The notes beneath the pieces were generated by a model that did no database searches, was not told where the DNA came from, and saw nothing but the letters and a program-made list of their open reading frames with translations. Shown here one piece after another: positions 1 through 12,118 of a stretch of DNA of 64,000 nt. How positions within the stretch are numbered: position 1 is the stretch's first letter; each line of letters opens with the position of its first letter. Both the position numbers and the translations under genes were made by a program. The stretch lies in contig OX597815.1 in the NCBI GenBank assembly GCA_951406725.2, forward strand, positions 158,720,001-158,784,000. The letters are read 5' to 3'. Source of the stretch: Octopus vulgaris (Eukaryota).

Positions 1-7
1 GAGTAAT

Positions 8-1195
8 ATATTCGAACCCGTAACAAATCGATTCACTGTCTTTTATCATGGAGAAAATTTCTTACTGCAGACAAATATGTGTAAATGCACCGGGTCAACT
101 CACTGCACTCTCTAACGAGTGGTTTCGGAATAGTTTTCATCTTCTTTGGCCCCAAAATAAATCGAGATAGTAACTGCATTCCAGAAACAAGGCGGCGGAT
201 AATACTAGGCAGAGTGGCAATGGTCAGCATGAGCAAGGTCCGGAAGAGTAGAGACATCAGCCTCGCTACCAAATGCAGATTGGTGAATGCAATCGTCTTC
301 CCAATAGCAACATATGAATGCGAGACCTGGACACTAAAGAAAGATGACCAGAAAAGAATTAATGCATTCGAGCTTTGGTGTTGGAGAAGACTTTTACGGA
401 TTCCATGGACAGCGAGGCTCACCAATGGAGAAGTTCTTAACTAGATCAAGCCGAAACTGTCGCTAGAAGCTAGGATCACATCACCAAGCATAGATTGGCA
501 TATTTTGGTCATATTAAGTGGGGAAAATCCCTGGAGAAGGACATCATGCTCGGAATGGTCAGTGGCAAGAGAGGAAGAGGCCGCCCAAGAAACCGCTGGC
601 TTGACACCATCAAGAGTGACACGGGAATGGCTATAACAAATCTGAAAGAAGCGACCCAGGATAGAACTGGCTGGAGAGCACTGATCCATCGAGTAACCGA
701 GAGTCGACTTCGATTGAGCAGATAGATAGATAGATCTCCTCTACAGTAACAGAAACGAGAAAAAAGACAGACTCTACGAACTGACAAGACAGACAGATCC
801 CTCTTATGATATTCCTGTCATCGTTCATTGACTAGTTGCGCTACTCAGCGGTTTACCATGAAAAAAACAACAGCGTGACGACGCTAAGCAGTAATGTGTA
901 ATACACAGACTTGTTACCACTTCAAGTATATAGGAGGCGTGTTTGAACCCGTAAGAAAGCTATTCGCTGTATTCTGTTATGGAGAAAATTTCTCACTGTC
1001 AGTTCGCAGGATCTGCTTCTTTCGCTGCTATGAGGAGGAGATAACCACTCCGAAATGCATTTCTGGTTAGGAGGGGCTGTGAGCCGACTCGGTGTATTTA
1101 CACCTTTTTGTTTACAGCGAGAAATTTTCTGCACGACAAAAAGACAGTGGATGGCTTTCCTTACGGGTTCGAATATGCCTCAAGCATATTTGAAC
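8..1195. mobile_element. MITE-like inverted-repeat element(s): arms at 8-103 and 1079-1176, extra partial arm at 921-998
   Basis: Reverse complement of 1079-1176 (atattcgaacccgtaaggaaagccatccactgtc...gtcggctcac) aligns with 8-103 and with 942-998. Confidence 0.7.
130..735 (+). mobile_element. RTE-clade LINE, 5'-truncated 3' end (pseudogenised RT C-terminus) with (AGAT)n tail
   Basis: ORFs 85-444 and 495-725 give YECETWTLKK..RINAFELWCWRRLLRIPWT and YFGHI..LEKDIMLGMVSGKRGRGRPRNRWLD, typical RTE C-terminal motifs. Internal stop/frameshift; short AGAT tail follows the stop codon. Confidence 0.9.
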
Positions 1196-1249
<54 letters not shown>

Positions 1250-1256
1250 CACACAC

Positions 1257-1460
1257 ATTTGTTTATATCTGTGTTTGTCCTTCACCGCGGAGCTACCGGT
1301 GATGGTTCGTTTATGCCACCGTAACTTAGCGTAAAAGACAGACCGAAAGACTAATACCTGACTTAAAGAGAAGTACAGGAGTAAGTTCGACAAACGAATT
1401 CAAGGAGGTGCCCCAGAATGGCCGCAGTCCAATGACTAAAACGTCAAAACAAATAAAAGA
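1257..1460 (+). mobile_element. SINE family A, 3' half
   Basis: Aligns with 52330-52530 (gtaacttagcg...ggtgccccagaatggccgcagtccaatgactaaaac). Confidence 0.75.
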
Positions 1461-1501
1461 GTACACACACACGCGCGTGCACACACACACACACGCGCGT
1501 G

Positions 1502-1534
<33 letters not shown>

Positions 1535-1767
1535 ACACACATGCACGCACAACGCAAACAAACGTACACCCACACTTATATGTCTTATTACTGTCGAAAA
1601 GTGAACAGCGTTACGACCATGACGATCCTAAAATTTTAGTTGTATGCAAGACAATATTATCTAATGCGTCTTCTATTCTTATTTAAAACGACAAAATGTA
1701 AGTTGAAGAATATTTTGGGTATTATTTCCAATAGATATAACTATCAAATTATGTTTTTGCTGTTGTC

Positions 1768-2259
1768 TTCTTTTTCTTCTTCCAATCAGGACTCACGCCA
1801 TTAGCCACAAAGAACAATCTCTAATTCGAGCCTACTCAAAGCTACTAAGAGTGCGTGTAGCAACATGAAGATCCACCCATCACATGCGATAGACTTGCGG
1901 TTGCACGGGCGCGAAAGCTACGTCGTTATCCTCATTCGTTAATGGTGGCTTTTTACGGATGGAGAGCTGAACCGTCCTGGGGTATAGAGGATTCGCAATC
2001 TAGACTAGGGTCTGAAAGTTTACCACACCATAGTGGGTTACACCATGGTTCCTCTGCTTTGTGGCAGAAGTAGGAAGAAAGAGTGAGAGAAAGTTGTGGT
2101 GAAAAAGTACAGCGGGGTTCACCACCCTCCCCCGCCGGAGCCTCGTGGAGCTTAGGTGTTTTTGCCCAATAAACACTGACAATGCCCGGTCTGGGAATCG
2201 AAACTGCGTTCTTACGACCGCGAGTCCGCTGCCCTAATCACTGGGCCATTGCGCCTCCA
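1768..2259 (-). mobile_element. tRNA-derived SINE family C, full length
   Basis: Minus-strand head tggaggcgcaatggcccagtgattagggcagcggactcgcgg...gtttcgattccc (A/B boxes); (GAA)-rich tail; ~10-bp TSD ttgctgttgt; near-identical copy at 38950-39437. Confidence 0.85.
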
Positions 2260-2284
2260 GTGTTGCTGTTGTTGTTGCCACTGC

Positions 2285-2500
2285 TGTTGTTTTCCCTAGA
2301 CAGGCTCTAGTGGAACAGACGTGTCATCAAAATCATTCAAGCTTTAACTATTCCTCTTTCTTTTTTTGCTTATGGTTATAATATAATTAGCACTATCATA
2401 CCCTGTGTTTTTCATTCGTTTTCAATGTAGAGCGTGATTTGAGAAATATTTGGCCGTTGCTTCTAGCAGATCGAGCAATAGCATAAAAGATTCCAGATTG
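2285..2500. repeat. Old interspersed repeat family D (other copies ~4250-4440, 34810-35020, 35580-35790, 39450-39555, 57140-57320, 57685-57840, 57935-58000)
   Basis: Shared motifs gttgtttagcc..gtcagccctgatcgagcagacctatgatcaaaggcattccagc and gtgatttgagggagatttggctgctatttctagcagg. Confidence 0.6.
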
Positions 2501-2501
2501 G

Positions 2502-2573
<72 letters not shown>

Positions 2574-3486
2574 AATTGCATATTCATGAGAGATGATGTG
2601 TATGAATATATCAAAATGTTATAATATATTTGTGAGAACGACAGATGGGCGAGTTTTACGAAATGTCAAACCACCAACTAAACAGTTTGTGTGTATATGT
2701 GTATGTGTATGCATATGTGTATATCTGTGTATGTGTGGTTGTGTGTAGCTGTGTGTGGAGCGTGGGTGGGACGTATTTTGTCATCATTGCTGTGGTATGT
2801 GTCCATTAACAACGTACCTAACCCTCAAACAGCATCAATACTATAATATTACAAAGTGTTTTGTTAACCTATGCAAAATTCTACTCTCACCCTTTATGGG
2901 TTTACACGTATTCATCCATGTTCGTCCCGAGAACCATCTAATCATCCTAAAAGGATGATTGTTGATTTGCGCGTTTGTGTGGTAAGTTTGTCCAAAAAAA
3001 AAAATGGCGAAGAGTTGCGCACTGTCAGCCTCACTCTCTCGTCCTTGACCATCTTCAACCCATTTGCAAGATCAGGTCAAGACGACTGGGGATGGATACA
3101 GATGCTGTGGATGACCAAGATAACTTACCCCATCTTGCTCTCTATACTCTCAATGCGTTTCCGAAGACGCCTTTCCCGCTCCGTTGAACCATGAATGTTT
3201 CTCCAGCACAGTCGAATCCAGTCTTCACACGCATGAAAAGGGCATCCCCTTATATGCTAATTAACCCACAGTTGTGACCCTGACAGCTGCTACAACTCCG
3301 GGTCGGAGTAGATCTGAGAAAATAGTGACTAAGAGGCGGTTCCCTCAGGACCCTAGAACTCCCGAAACAGAATCCCAATGCATACAGTTTAAAGTTATAT
3401 CCATGAGACGTATTTATTCATAACTAGCGAGACCATGGAAATATCACGTTTTCTGAAAGTTCTTATTTTTATATATCTTATAATAT

Positions 3487-3696
3487 TGGCTTCAAATTTT
3501 GGCACAAGAAAAGTAATTTTAGGGGAGCAGTACGATTGTATCGACCCAGTATTCAACTGCTACTTATTTTGTCGAACCCAAAGGGATGACACGCAAAGTC
3601 GACCTCAGCGGAGTTTGAACTCAGAACGTAGAGACGGATGATATGCTGATAGGCTTTTTGTTCGGCTTGTTAACGATTCTGCCAGCTTGCTACCTT
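3487..3696 (-). mobile_element. tRNA-derived SINE family B (Meta/MESC-like central domain)
   Basis: Minus strand has a tRNA-like head (gagttcaaactccgc) then ttt..cat.cc.ttgggttcgacaaaaataagtagcag; aligns with many copies in the window. The domain name is from memory, not a search. Confidence 0.8.
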
Positions 3697-4103
3697 GATA
3701 TTACATAATTTTGATACCTTATATATCGAAATTATTTATTTTGAGATAGTACTGTTCGGTTTAAGGCTATAGAGACGTTCAGATTTAAATCATTTATAGC
3801 GTTAGTGACAATATACTAAATATTAAAGTAATGCTTAACTGATGTGAATCTAACAGGAAATATTTGCAGACTAGTTGATAAAATTAGAAAATGTTGGTGT
3901 TTAAGCTCAACACCTCATTACACATAATATTTTTCGTAACAGTTTTTCCTTGTTCTTCTTTCCTTCCTTCCTTCCTTTCTTTTTTTCTTTCTTTCTTTCG
4001 TTGCTTCTCTCTATCTCCTTCTCTCTTAGAAAAATAGTCTGTCTATGTATGTATGTATGTATGTATGTATGTATGTATGTATGTATGTATGTATGTATGT
4101 ATG

Positions 4104-4152
<49 letters not shown>

Positions 4153-4509
4153 GCCTGTCTGTTATCAGCTTTCTCCACCAACTCGTTTAGCCTCTTCCCA
4201 TTCGCCCTTGGCACCTTACTGTCAGCTTGTCAAGGATATTTCCCTTTCAAAGTGAAAAAATCGAACACACATGATGACAAGCAGGACTTCATTATCTAAT
4301 GGCTTCATTATGCAATGATATCTAGGACTGCAATATCTAATGTATTTTCTTCCTTTTTAACGACGGTGGAGCATAATTTAAGGGTGATTAGGTTACTATT
4401 TTTAGATGTTCAAGTGACCACATTCAAACTCCCTTGCTGGCTCTTAGCCTGAATGTATATTTGTAGGGTGTTGTAAATGTTGTTTTATGGCATGATTTGA
4501 ACAACCAAG

Positions 4510-4593
4510 TGTGCAAGTGTCTTCTACTATAGCCTCGGGCCGACCAAAGCCTTGTGAGTGGATTCGGTAAACGGAAACTGAAAGGGGCCCATC

Positions 4594-4646
<53 letters not shown>

Positions 4647-4862
4647 TGTTTGTGTGTGTGTGTGTTTGTATTTGTCCCCCAACATCGCTTGACAACCTGG
4701 TGTGTTTACGTCCCCTAACTTAGCGGTTCATCAAAAGAGACCGATAGAATAAGTACTGGGCTTACAAAGAATAAGTCCTGAGGTTGATTTGCTCGACTGA
4801 AGGTGGTGCCCAAGCATGGCCGCAGTGAAATGACTGAAACAAGTAAAGGAATAAAAGAATAA
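4510..4862 (+). mobile_element. SINE family A, 5'-truncated, with internal (TA)n(TG)n
   Basis: gcaagtgtcttctactatagcctcgggccgaccaaagccttgtgagtgg ... gcatggccgcagtgaaatgactgaaacaag. Confidence 0.85.
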
Positions 4863-5024
4863 AGTGCCAAAGATGTTACAGCCTATTTATTAAGGCAGAA
4901 ATTCCAGGTCAAGTGAAATATTATTGTATAACATAGATAAATTAAGAAATGGAATTAAACGCAGGTGTTATAAGATTTGAATAACATCTGCGTTTAACTC
5001 CATTTCTCAATTTATATATATACA

Positions 5025-5109
<85 letters not shown>

Positions 5110-5116
<7 letters not shown>

Positions 5117-5365
5117 AAATGGGACAAGGACGGGTCACTCGGAGTTTTCTTTCCTCGGTCGAGTTCCAGATTATCTTTGTAATTTCGGCTGGTTATACTC
5201 GAGATTGCTCCAATCTGGCCAGCCTCAAAGAAAAACTAAGCTAAGAGCATTAGATTCCTTGAAAGAAAGCAGCGAATGTATACGAAAACAAAGACAGAAA
5301 AAACGGAGAAAGTTACACAAATACAAATAACAGGACATAGCAACAGGTGCCTTTCGACTCAAGTC
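5110..5365. repeat. Microsatellite-flanked repeat (homolog at 61452-61622), possibly PLE terminal-repeat fragment
   Basis: Both start caaaatgggacaag directly after a microsatellite and share gttttctttcctc.gtc.ag..ccagattatc...aatttcggctg. Confidence 0.55.
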
Positions 5366-5464
5366 ACCTTTTTTTCAAATGATACAAACGAACAAAAGAA
5401 AAAGGCACAAATATATATATAAGCCGTCAATGCAGAACTATAAGTATTAGGACCGAAATAATAG

Positions 5465-5630
5465 TTTCAAATTTTGGCACAGGGTCAGCAAGTGCGGAGG
5501 AGGCGGTCGACCCCAAAAGATGGAAGGCAACGTGGACCTCAGCGGTATTTGAACTCAGAGCACGAAGATGGATGAAATGCCACTAAGTATTTTGCCCGGC
5601 GTACCAACGATTCATCTAACTCGCCTCTTT
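5465..5630 (-). mobile_element. SINE family B, internally deleted
   Basis: ttggcacagggtcagc...gacctcagcggtatttgaactcagagc matches family B. Confidence 0.75.
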
Positions 5631-6228
5631 ATTAGAACTGAAATAATGAGTGGGGATTCCTGCAAGTCCTCATCACAGTTTCTCATTAGATGAAACAGAG
5701 AAGCAACAACCATGATTTAAAATCTACTTGCTACGCCATTAAAATTTCAATGTTCGATTTCTAGAATCATAATTCTTCGGGAAAATTCCAAAGATTTATC
5801 TAAACGCCATATTATATCCGGAAAGACAGAGAGTTGGAATTTTCAAGAATTTAGTTAACTGACTACAATTATTCATACTTCAGACATGAAAGATTCTGAA
5901 AAGAAGATATTCTCCTTAAACAGTTGCAATCTCTGGTGGTTACTTTTGTATTTCAGTTAAACTGAAACAGTAAGTAATGGAATACTGCAGCGAGAGTCTG
6001 GAGGGAATCTGTGTATCATTTCAATTTCAACACTGCCCCGATTGCCAGCGGTTAATATTTCTTTGTACCATTGTACTATTTTTTAAAATATGACCTTCAA
6101 AAGAAAAGGAAATGTATTCTATTATTAATAGTATTGATGCTATACATATGTGAATGTATAAATGTGTGTGTGTATGTGTGTGTATGTGTGCGTATATATA
6201 TATATGTGTGTATGTATGTACGTATATA

Positions 6229-6274
<46 letters not shown>

Positions 6275-6324
6275 CATACATATGTGTGTATATATATATA
6301 TATGTGTGTATGTATGTACGTATA

Positions 6325-6373
<49 letters not shown>

Positions 6374-6378
6374 CATAT

Positions 6379-6437
<59 letters not shown>

Positions 6438-7096
6438 CATCCTACCATACATGTATACATACCAACACACATATTTATATATGGGTAAATGGAAATTTTG
6501 GGGTATTATTTATTTTCCATTACACGTGTTTCATTTATTAGTAGGAATTACAAAAATTTTCATGTTAGATAGGCATGTAAAGAATTCCTGTTATACATAT
6601 ATATGATATCTAATCCATGGTTGTTAGTTCGAGAAAATATGTTCTGTTTCACCTATGGCTCATGAACAAAATATAATTGTTATGGATTAAATGTTCTGTT
6701 TATTCGCAGGCTTATTTTGGAGTACTGTATTCCAAGTGATCAGGTATAGTTTCTTTTTGAACTCTGGAATGAATATGTGTATATGTGTGTGCGTATTTAC
6801 TACACATTTATGTATGTATGTGGGCATGTTTGCGTCTTAAAAATAATGGTATATATAAATTGTAGAACATTAACTGAGAAAGTGCTTAATGCATATATAT
6901 CGAAACTTTTATGAATTTATATTCGACAACAAAAAAATTTAGCAATCACTTCCAAATTACACCTCCTCCGAAAATTAAACTTACTTAGCTTGAAGAAAGT
7001 CGGGCGCAGGTGAACTTTTCTGTTGGTCAGAGTGTATGTATACACGTGTGTGTTTTTATGCCTTTATATATGGATAGACAGGGAGAGGAAGACATA

Positions 7097-7900
7097 CGAG
7101 GTCTGATCAATAACTATCCAGATTGTTGTCATAGTAACGAAGCTAAAGCACAGAGTAAAACCGCTTGGCAAAGATTGACCTTGAACTCTGTTGTCCATGC
7201 GCAGTTCCGTTGTTTATAGTAGTGCTTGGAAGGAAGGTGTGTAGCGTGAGATCGTCGCATTGACCATGACAGAGAAAGTTGTCAGGGCGATACCTGTTCA
7301 GATGCCAACGCAAAGTTGCAGAAAGTGTATGGAGAGGAGTGTTTGAGCCGCAAACAAGCGTACGAGGGGTTCAGACGTTTCCAAGATGGCCGAAAAATGT
7401 CAATATCGACAAATTTTCTGGGAGATCCGCAACCAGCAGAACTGAGAAGAACATCGCAGATGTGCGTGCAGCTTTGAGGGGGAAATCGTCGAATCACCAT
7501 CCATGAGTTATCAGAGGATGTGCAGATAAGTTATGGTTCAATTCAGTCCGTTATCACTGAAAATTTGGGTACGAGACGCGTGTCTGACATGTTTGTGCCA
7601 AAATTTCTTTCAGCTGACCCAAAAGTTACTCGGGCTCAAGATCTCCTTGACTGAGTCGAGAACGATGAATACTTTTTGAAAACTTTGCGTAGGACACCGA
7701 ACATGTATCGCCAAGCTTTTGACAAAATTTGATGCAGGTTCTCTATCATAGTCAATGCGACGATCACATGCTACACACTTTCCTTCCAAGCATTGCTGTA
7801 AACAGCGGAAGGAAACTAAAACGTTAAAATTTAGTGCGCATGGATAGCAGAGATCAAGGTCAATCTATGCCAAGCGGCTTTACTCTGCATGCTTTAGCTT
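7097..7900 (+). mobile_element. Non-autonomous mariner derivative with long inverted arms (7140-7277 / 7739-7900) and a decayed transposase N-terminus
   Basis: TA followed by CGAGGTCTGATCAATAA terminus; broken frames give LQKVYGEECLSRKQAYEGFRRFQDG, SGRSATSRTEKNIADV and RRVSDMFVPK (WVP-like); arms are reverse-complementary. Confidence 0.85.
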
Positions 7901-9253
7901 GTGTGTGTGTATGAACACGCGCTTGTATGTGTGTATGAACACGCGCTTGTATGTGTGTATGTATACGTATATGTATGTATATTTATTTCTATGTATGTTT
8001 ATTACAGTATTAATGTCTAAAACAAACGTTGATTAATCAACCTTAATTCTTTCTTCCTTAATGTTAAAACACTGATCTAGCTTATAAGATACACGTCCCA
8101 ACATCCTTATCACTTATCACAATAACTTTTATTTAGCACTGCTGAACAGCGAACCATAAAGTATATCGTACATCTGATGTATTTGCTAACGATAGAGAGG
8201 GTAGAAAGAACAAACCTTTCTTCATTTACTTCATTTCTTAATTCTTGTTCAGGCTATTTTATCCGATGTTAGTAATTATAGACATTTCCAGTTACACGAT
8301 AGCTTCTACAGTCGATATCTGCTGATAACGAGGCAGAGTTCTACGGCTTCGTTATCAGCCTTGTTGATACAGATGTTGACCAAAGTTTGTTTTATTCTAT
8401 CCTTCTAGTAAAAGAAACACGCTTCATTTGCCTGCGTAGGAATCGTTTGAATGAAGTACATTTTTAGATATGGTGATATCAGCTGACAAAACGGTTTTTA
8501 AAGTTGAGGTTGTTGCCAGCGTAACGCCGTATTTTTATTCCTGTGTATGTTTGTGTATACGTGCATGATGTAGATATATCTTTGTCCGTCTTCGTTTGTG
8601 TATAAGTGTATATATTACACTCACGCACACACATATGTATATAAGTGGGTGCGCGCGCACGTATGTGTGCGTGTGTGTTAATGCTTGTCTTTAAGCAAAA
8701 TTATATATACAAACAATTTAACATTGACCTGAAAGTTTGCTCAATGCTTGTTAGTTTATTAAACTTTTAGAAGAGAGGGTGATAAAAGTTTCAAAGTTTC
8801 AGTCGTATATACATATGGCGTACTCCTGATGAATAAAAATGTAATCCGATGGTACAAACAATTCCGCGAATTAGATACTCCAAAGCAATCCCTCTTATCA
8901 ATACTTTGCATCGTCCTCACATTGTTGTTTTTTTCTTGTTTTTATTTTCTATTTTTTGGGGATTAACTATATATATATTTATATATAGCAATTAAGGACA
9001 ACTACTTAATAAGGAAAACTTAACAAGAAATTGTCAGGTAGATAGCGTAAGAACCTCATAAGAGAAAAAATTTCGAAAATAATTATTTCTTATTGAATAT
9101 ATTAATTTATATATAGAGGGCATTATATACATGCCAGAAGGCATTATACATACATGCCAAACGCTAAGAGGGACAATTAGTCATTTCTACCAAAAATATT
9201 ACTAATCCCACCGAATGCAATTTTTCAAAGTAAGACATTTAAAAAATATATAG

Positions 9254-9297
9254 ACCTGTATCACAGTGATTTCATACTTACGTACTCATCAGCAGGC
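9254..9297 (-). ncRNA. Type I hammerhead ribozyme
   Basis: GCCUG CUGAUGA GUAC-GUAA-GUAU GAAA UCAC-U-GUGA UA^CAGGU: stem I GCCUG/CAGGU, stem II with GNRA loop, palindromic stem III. Confidence 0.85.
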
Positions 9298-9734
9298 CTG
9301 AATGCATTATAAATAAACAACGACCCTGCCCCGCTTAAGTCGATCAGCTAACTGTTCAACATTCAACGAAGCACATGGGTGAGTTTACATATATTACATC
9401 CTGTCAAATGGCAAACTTTTACGAATTGCATTTCGGGAGAGGAAAAGTTTTTTCGGAATAAAAATTTAGCAATTAAGGACAACTACTTAATAAGGAAAAC
9501 TTAACAAGAAATTGTCAGGTAGATAGCGTAAGAACCTCATAAGAGAAAAAATTTCGAAAATAATTATTTCTTATTGAATATATTAATTTATATATAGAGG
9601 GCATTATATACATGCCAGAAGGCATTATACATACATGCCAAACGCTAAGAGGGACAATTAGTCATTTCTACCAAAAATATTACTAATCCCACCGAATGCA
9701 ATTTTTCAAAGTAAGACATTTAAAAAATATATAG

Positions 9735-9778
9735 ACCTGTATCACAGTGATTTCATACTTACGTACTCATCAGCAGGC
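9735..9778 (-). ncRNA. Type I hammerhead ribozyme (identical second copy)
   Basis: Same sequence as 9254-9297, offset by 481 nt. Confidence 0.85.
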
Positions 9779-9954
9779 CTGAATGCATTATAAATAAACA
9801 ACGACCCTGCCCCGCTTAAGTCGATCAGCTAACTGTTCAACATTCAACGAAGCACATGGGTGAGTTTACATATATTACATCCTGTCAAATAGTAATCGTC
9901 ATATACAAAAAGCAATGTCACTTGCCAAGTACATTATCTTTCACATTCTTTCTG

Positions 9955-10160
9955 CTATAGGCACAAGGCCTGGAATTTTGATGAAGAGGCTAGTCGACAA
10001 CATCGACCTCAGGTCTCAGCTGGCACTTACCTTATCGATCCCGAAAGGATAAAGGGCAAAGTCAAGCTCGGCGGAATTTGATCTCAGAAAATAATGACGG
10101 AAGAAATGCTGATAAGCATTTTGTCCGGCGCAGTAGCGATTCAGCCGGTTAGCCGGTTTA
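9955..10160 (-). mobile_element. SINE family B
   Basis: ggcacaaggcc...atcgatcccgaaaggataaagggcaaagtcaagctcggcggaatttg. Confidence 0.8.
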
Positions 10161-10289
10161 CATTATCTCGAATGTAAGGTGCTATCGTAGTTTTGTGCAT
10201 ATAAGTGTACACACACACACACTCACGCGCGCGCACACACACACACTCACACACAGAGATATTTGTATTTCTATAAATATTTAGCAGAG

Positions 10290-10348
10290 GTAACAGAGTG
10301 ACTCAAGGTCCGAGAGTTTCGTGCGTTGCAGCTCCTCAAACTAGTTAC
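10290..10348 (-). ncRNA. Hammerhead-like motif, U3-G8 variant
   Basis: GUAACUAGU UUGAGGA GCUGC-AAC-GCAC GAAA CUC..GAG UC^ACUCUGUUAC. Confidence 0.6.
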
Positions 10349-10597
10349 AGGTCGAAGACCTATGAGCTTATGTAGCTGATGTTAAATATATTTCCCTCCG
10401 GAATGTTCTAGATAACTTTTGAAATCATAATAATGTCACGAGGATAATTGAAATAGTTTGCCTGTTATGTCGTTGAATAAGCAATTACATAGATAAATAA
10501 ACAAATAAGTAAAGAAATAAAGAGAGAAAAAAAGGAAGAAACCTTCTGCGTGTCATCACACACGCATACTCATGCTCACAACACACACACGTATATG

Positions 10598-10688
<91 letters not shown>

Positions 10689-10717
10689 CTGTGTCTGTGT
10701 GTCTGTGTGTCTGTGTG

Positions 10718-10765
<48 letters not shown>

Positions 10766-11665
10766 TAATAGTTATCGCCAAGCTAACATGGCAGTCCAGA
10801 AAAATAGGATGAATGCTGCCGTTAATTAGCTCCAAGAGCCCATCGACTCTATGTGACACACGAACCTGTGTCCATTATAACCTTCGAACAGGGGAGGTCA
10901 GCCGCTTCCGCTTGCTGGTCTGGCATCTACAGACTAGTTTCAGGGTATTTGCCCCTTATCAATGTAGAGCAGCCGAACCAAGCAGGCGTACATACATACA
11001 TACATACATACATACATACATACATACATACATACATACATACATACATACATCAGGGTTGACTATGGAAGACCATCACTGACCATTGCCCATGCAAAAT
11101 GCCAGCAATGCCCATGGATGAGGTTATTGCACCTGCGGTCGGGTTCACCCAGGTTTGCGCCCGCAGTTTCCCTATTCGCCACGGCACCCTCCTAATAATC
11201 TGGTATCGTATTGTTGCCTCGCTGGCGATAGGGCAACCTAAAATACAGGGACCAAAGAAGGTGTGTACAACAGCTCACAGACCTTCTCCACCCTGTTGAC
11301 ATGATCCAGAGACAAACCAGAACAAGATATACAGTGCTGGGAGTGTGGGAAAGCCATGATCTCAAGCGCGATCAAGAAATTTCCAAAATGTTCAAAGGCA
11401 CTCCCAGCATATCTGGTTCTGTATCAGTATGACCTTCTAGAAACATGCTTCAACATACATACACACATAAATACATATATGCATGTATGTATGTATGTAT
11501 GTATGTATGTATGTATGTATGTATGTATGTATGTATGTATGTATGTATGTATGCATGCATGCATGCATGCATGTATCTATTTATGTATTTATGTATGTAT
11601 GTATGTATGTGTGTATGTATATGCATATGTATAAGAATATATATTGTATATTATATGTGTGCATG

Positions 11666-11699
<34 letters not shown>

Positions 11700-11705
11700 T
11701 GTATG

Positions 11706-11809
<104 letters not shown>

Positions 11810-11881
11810 TAGATATAGATATAGATATAGAAATAAATATACATATACATATAAATATATGTATTCGTATTAGGCAGAAGC

Positions 11882-11938
11882 AGCAGAATGACTCAAGAGC
11901 AGAGAGTTTCGTACTTTGATACTTATCAAACTTTGCTT
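11882..11938 (-). ncRNA. Hammerhead-like motif, U3-A8 variant (same repeat family as 10290-10348)
   Basis: AGCAAAGU UUGAUAA GUAU-CAAA-GUAC GAAA CUC..GAG UC^AUUCUGCU. Confidence 0.65.
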
Positions 11939-12009
11939 CTGCTAAATATTAATAGAAATATACATATACTCATATTTTGAATTGTATTTTTCCTGTTTGC
12001 ATCACCATA

Positions 12010-12118
<109 letters not shown>

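Larger units (their letters stand above)
8986..9890 (-). repeat. Direct duplication, 424 bp x2 (8986-9409, 9467-9890; period 481), each copy carrying a hammerhead: retrozyme-like or PLE partial-tandem
   Basis: No mismatch seen on line-by-line comparison; 57-bp spacer at 9410-9466; left end abuts (TA)n. Confidence 0.9.

Noticed and set aside
2810-3240. Possible ancient RTE coding remnants (also ~26900-27170 and 58490-58830 minus)
   Set aside because: Only faint motif resemblance (e.g. KIRSRRLG); not supportable without a profile search.
8826-8870. CTGATGA hammerhead half
   Set aside because: No stem II or GAAA. The same applies to CTGATGA near 17205 (-) and 41358.
11316-11420. Short inverted repeat tgctgggagtg / cactcccagca
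   Set aside because: Only ~11 bp plus partial extension around a long loop; no homolog or functional motif seen.
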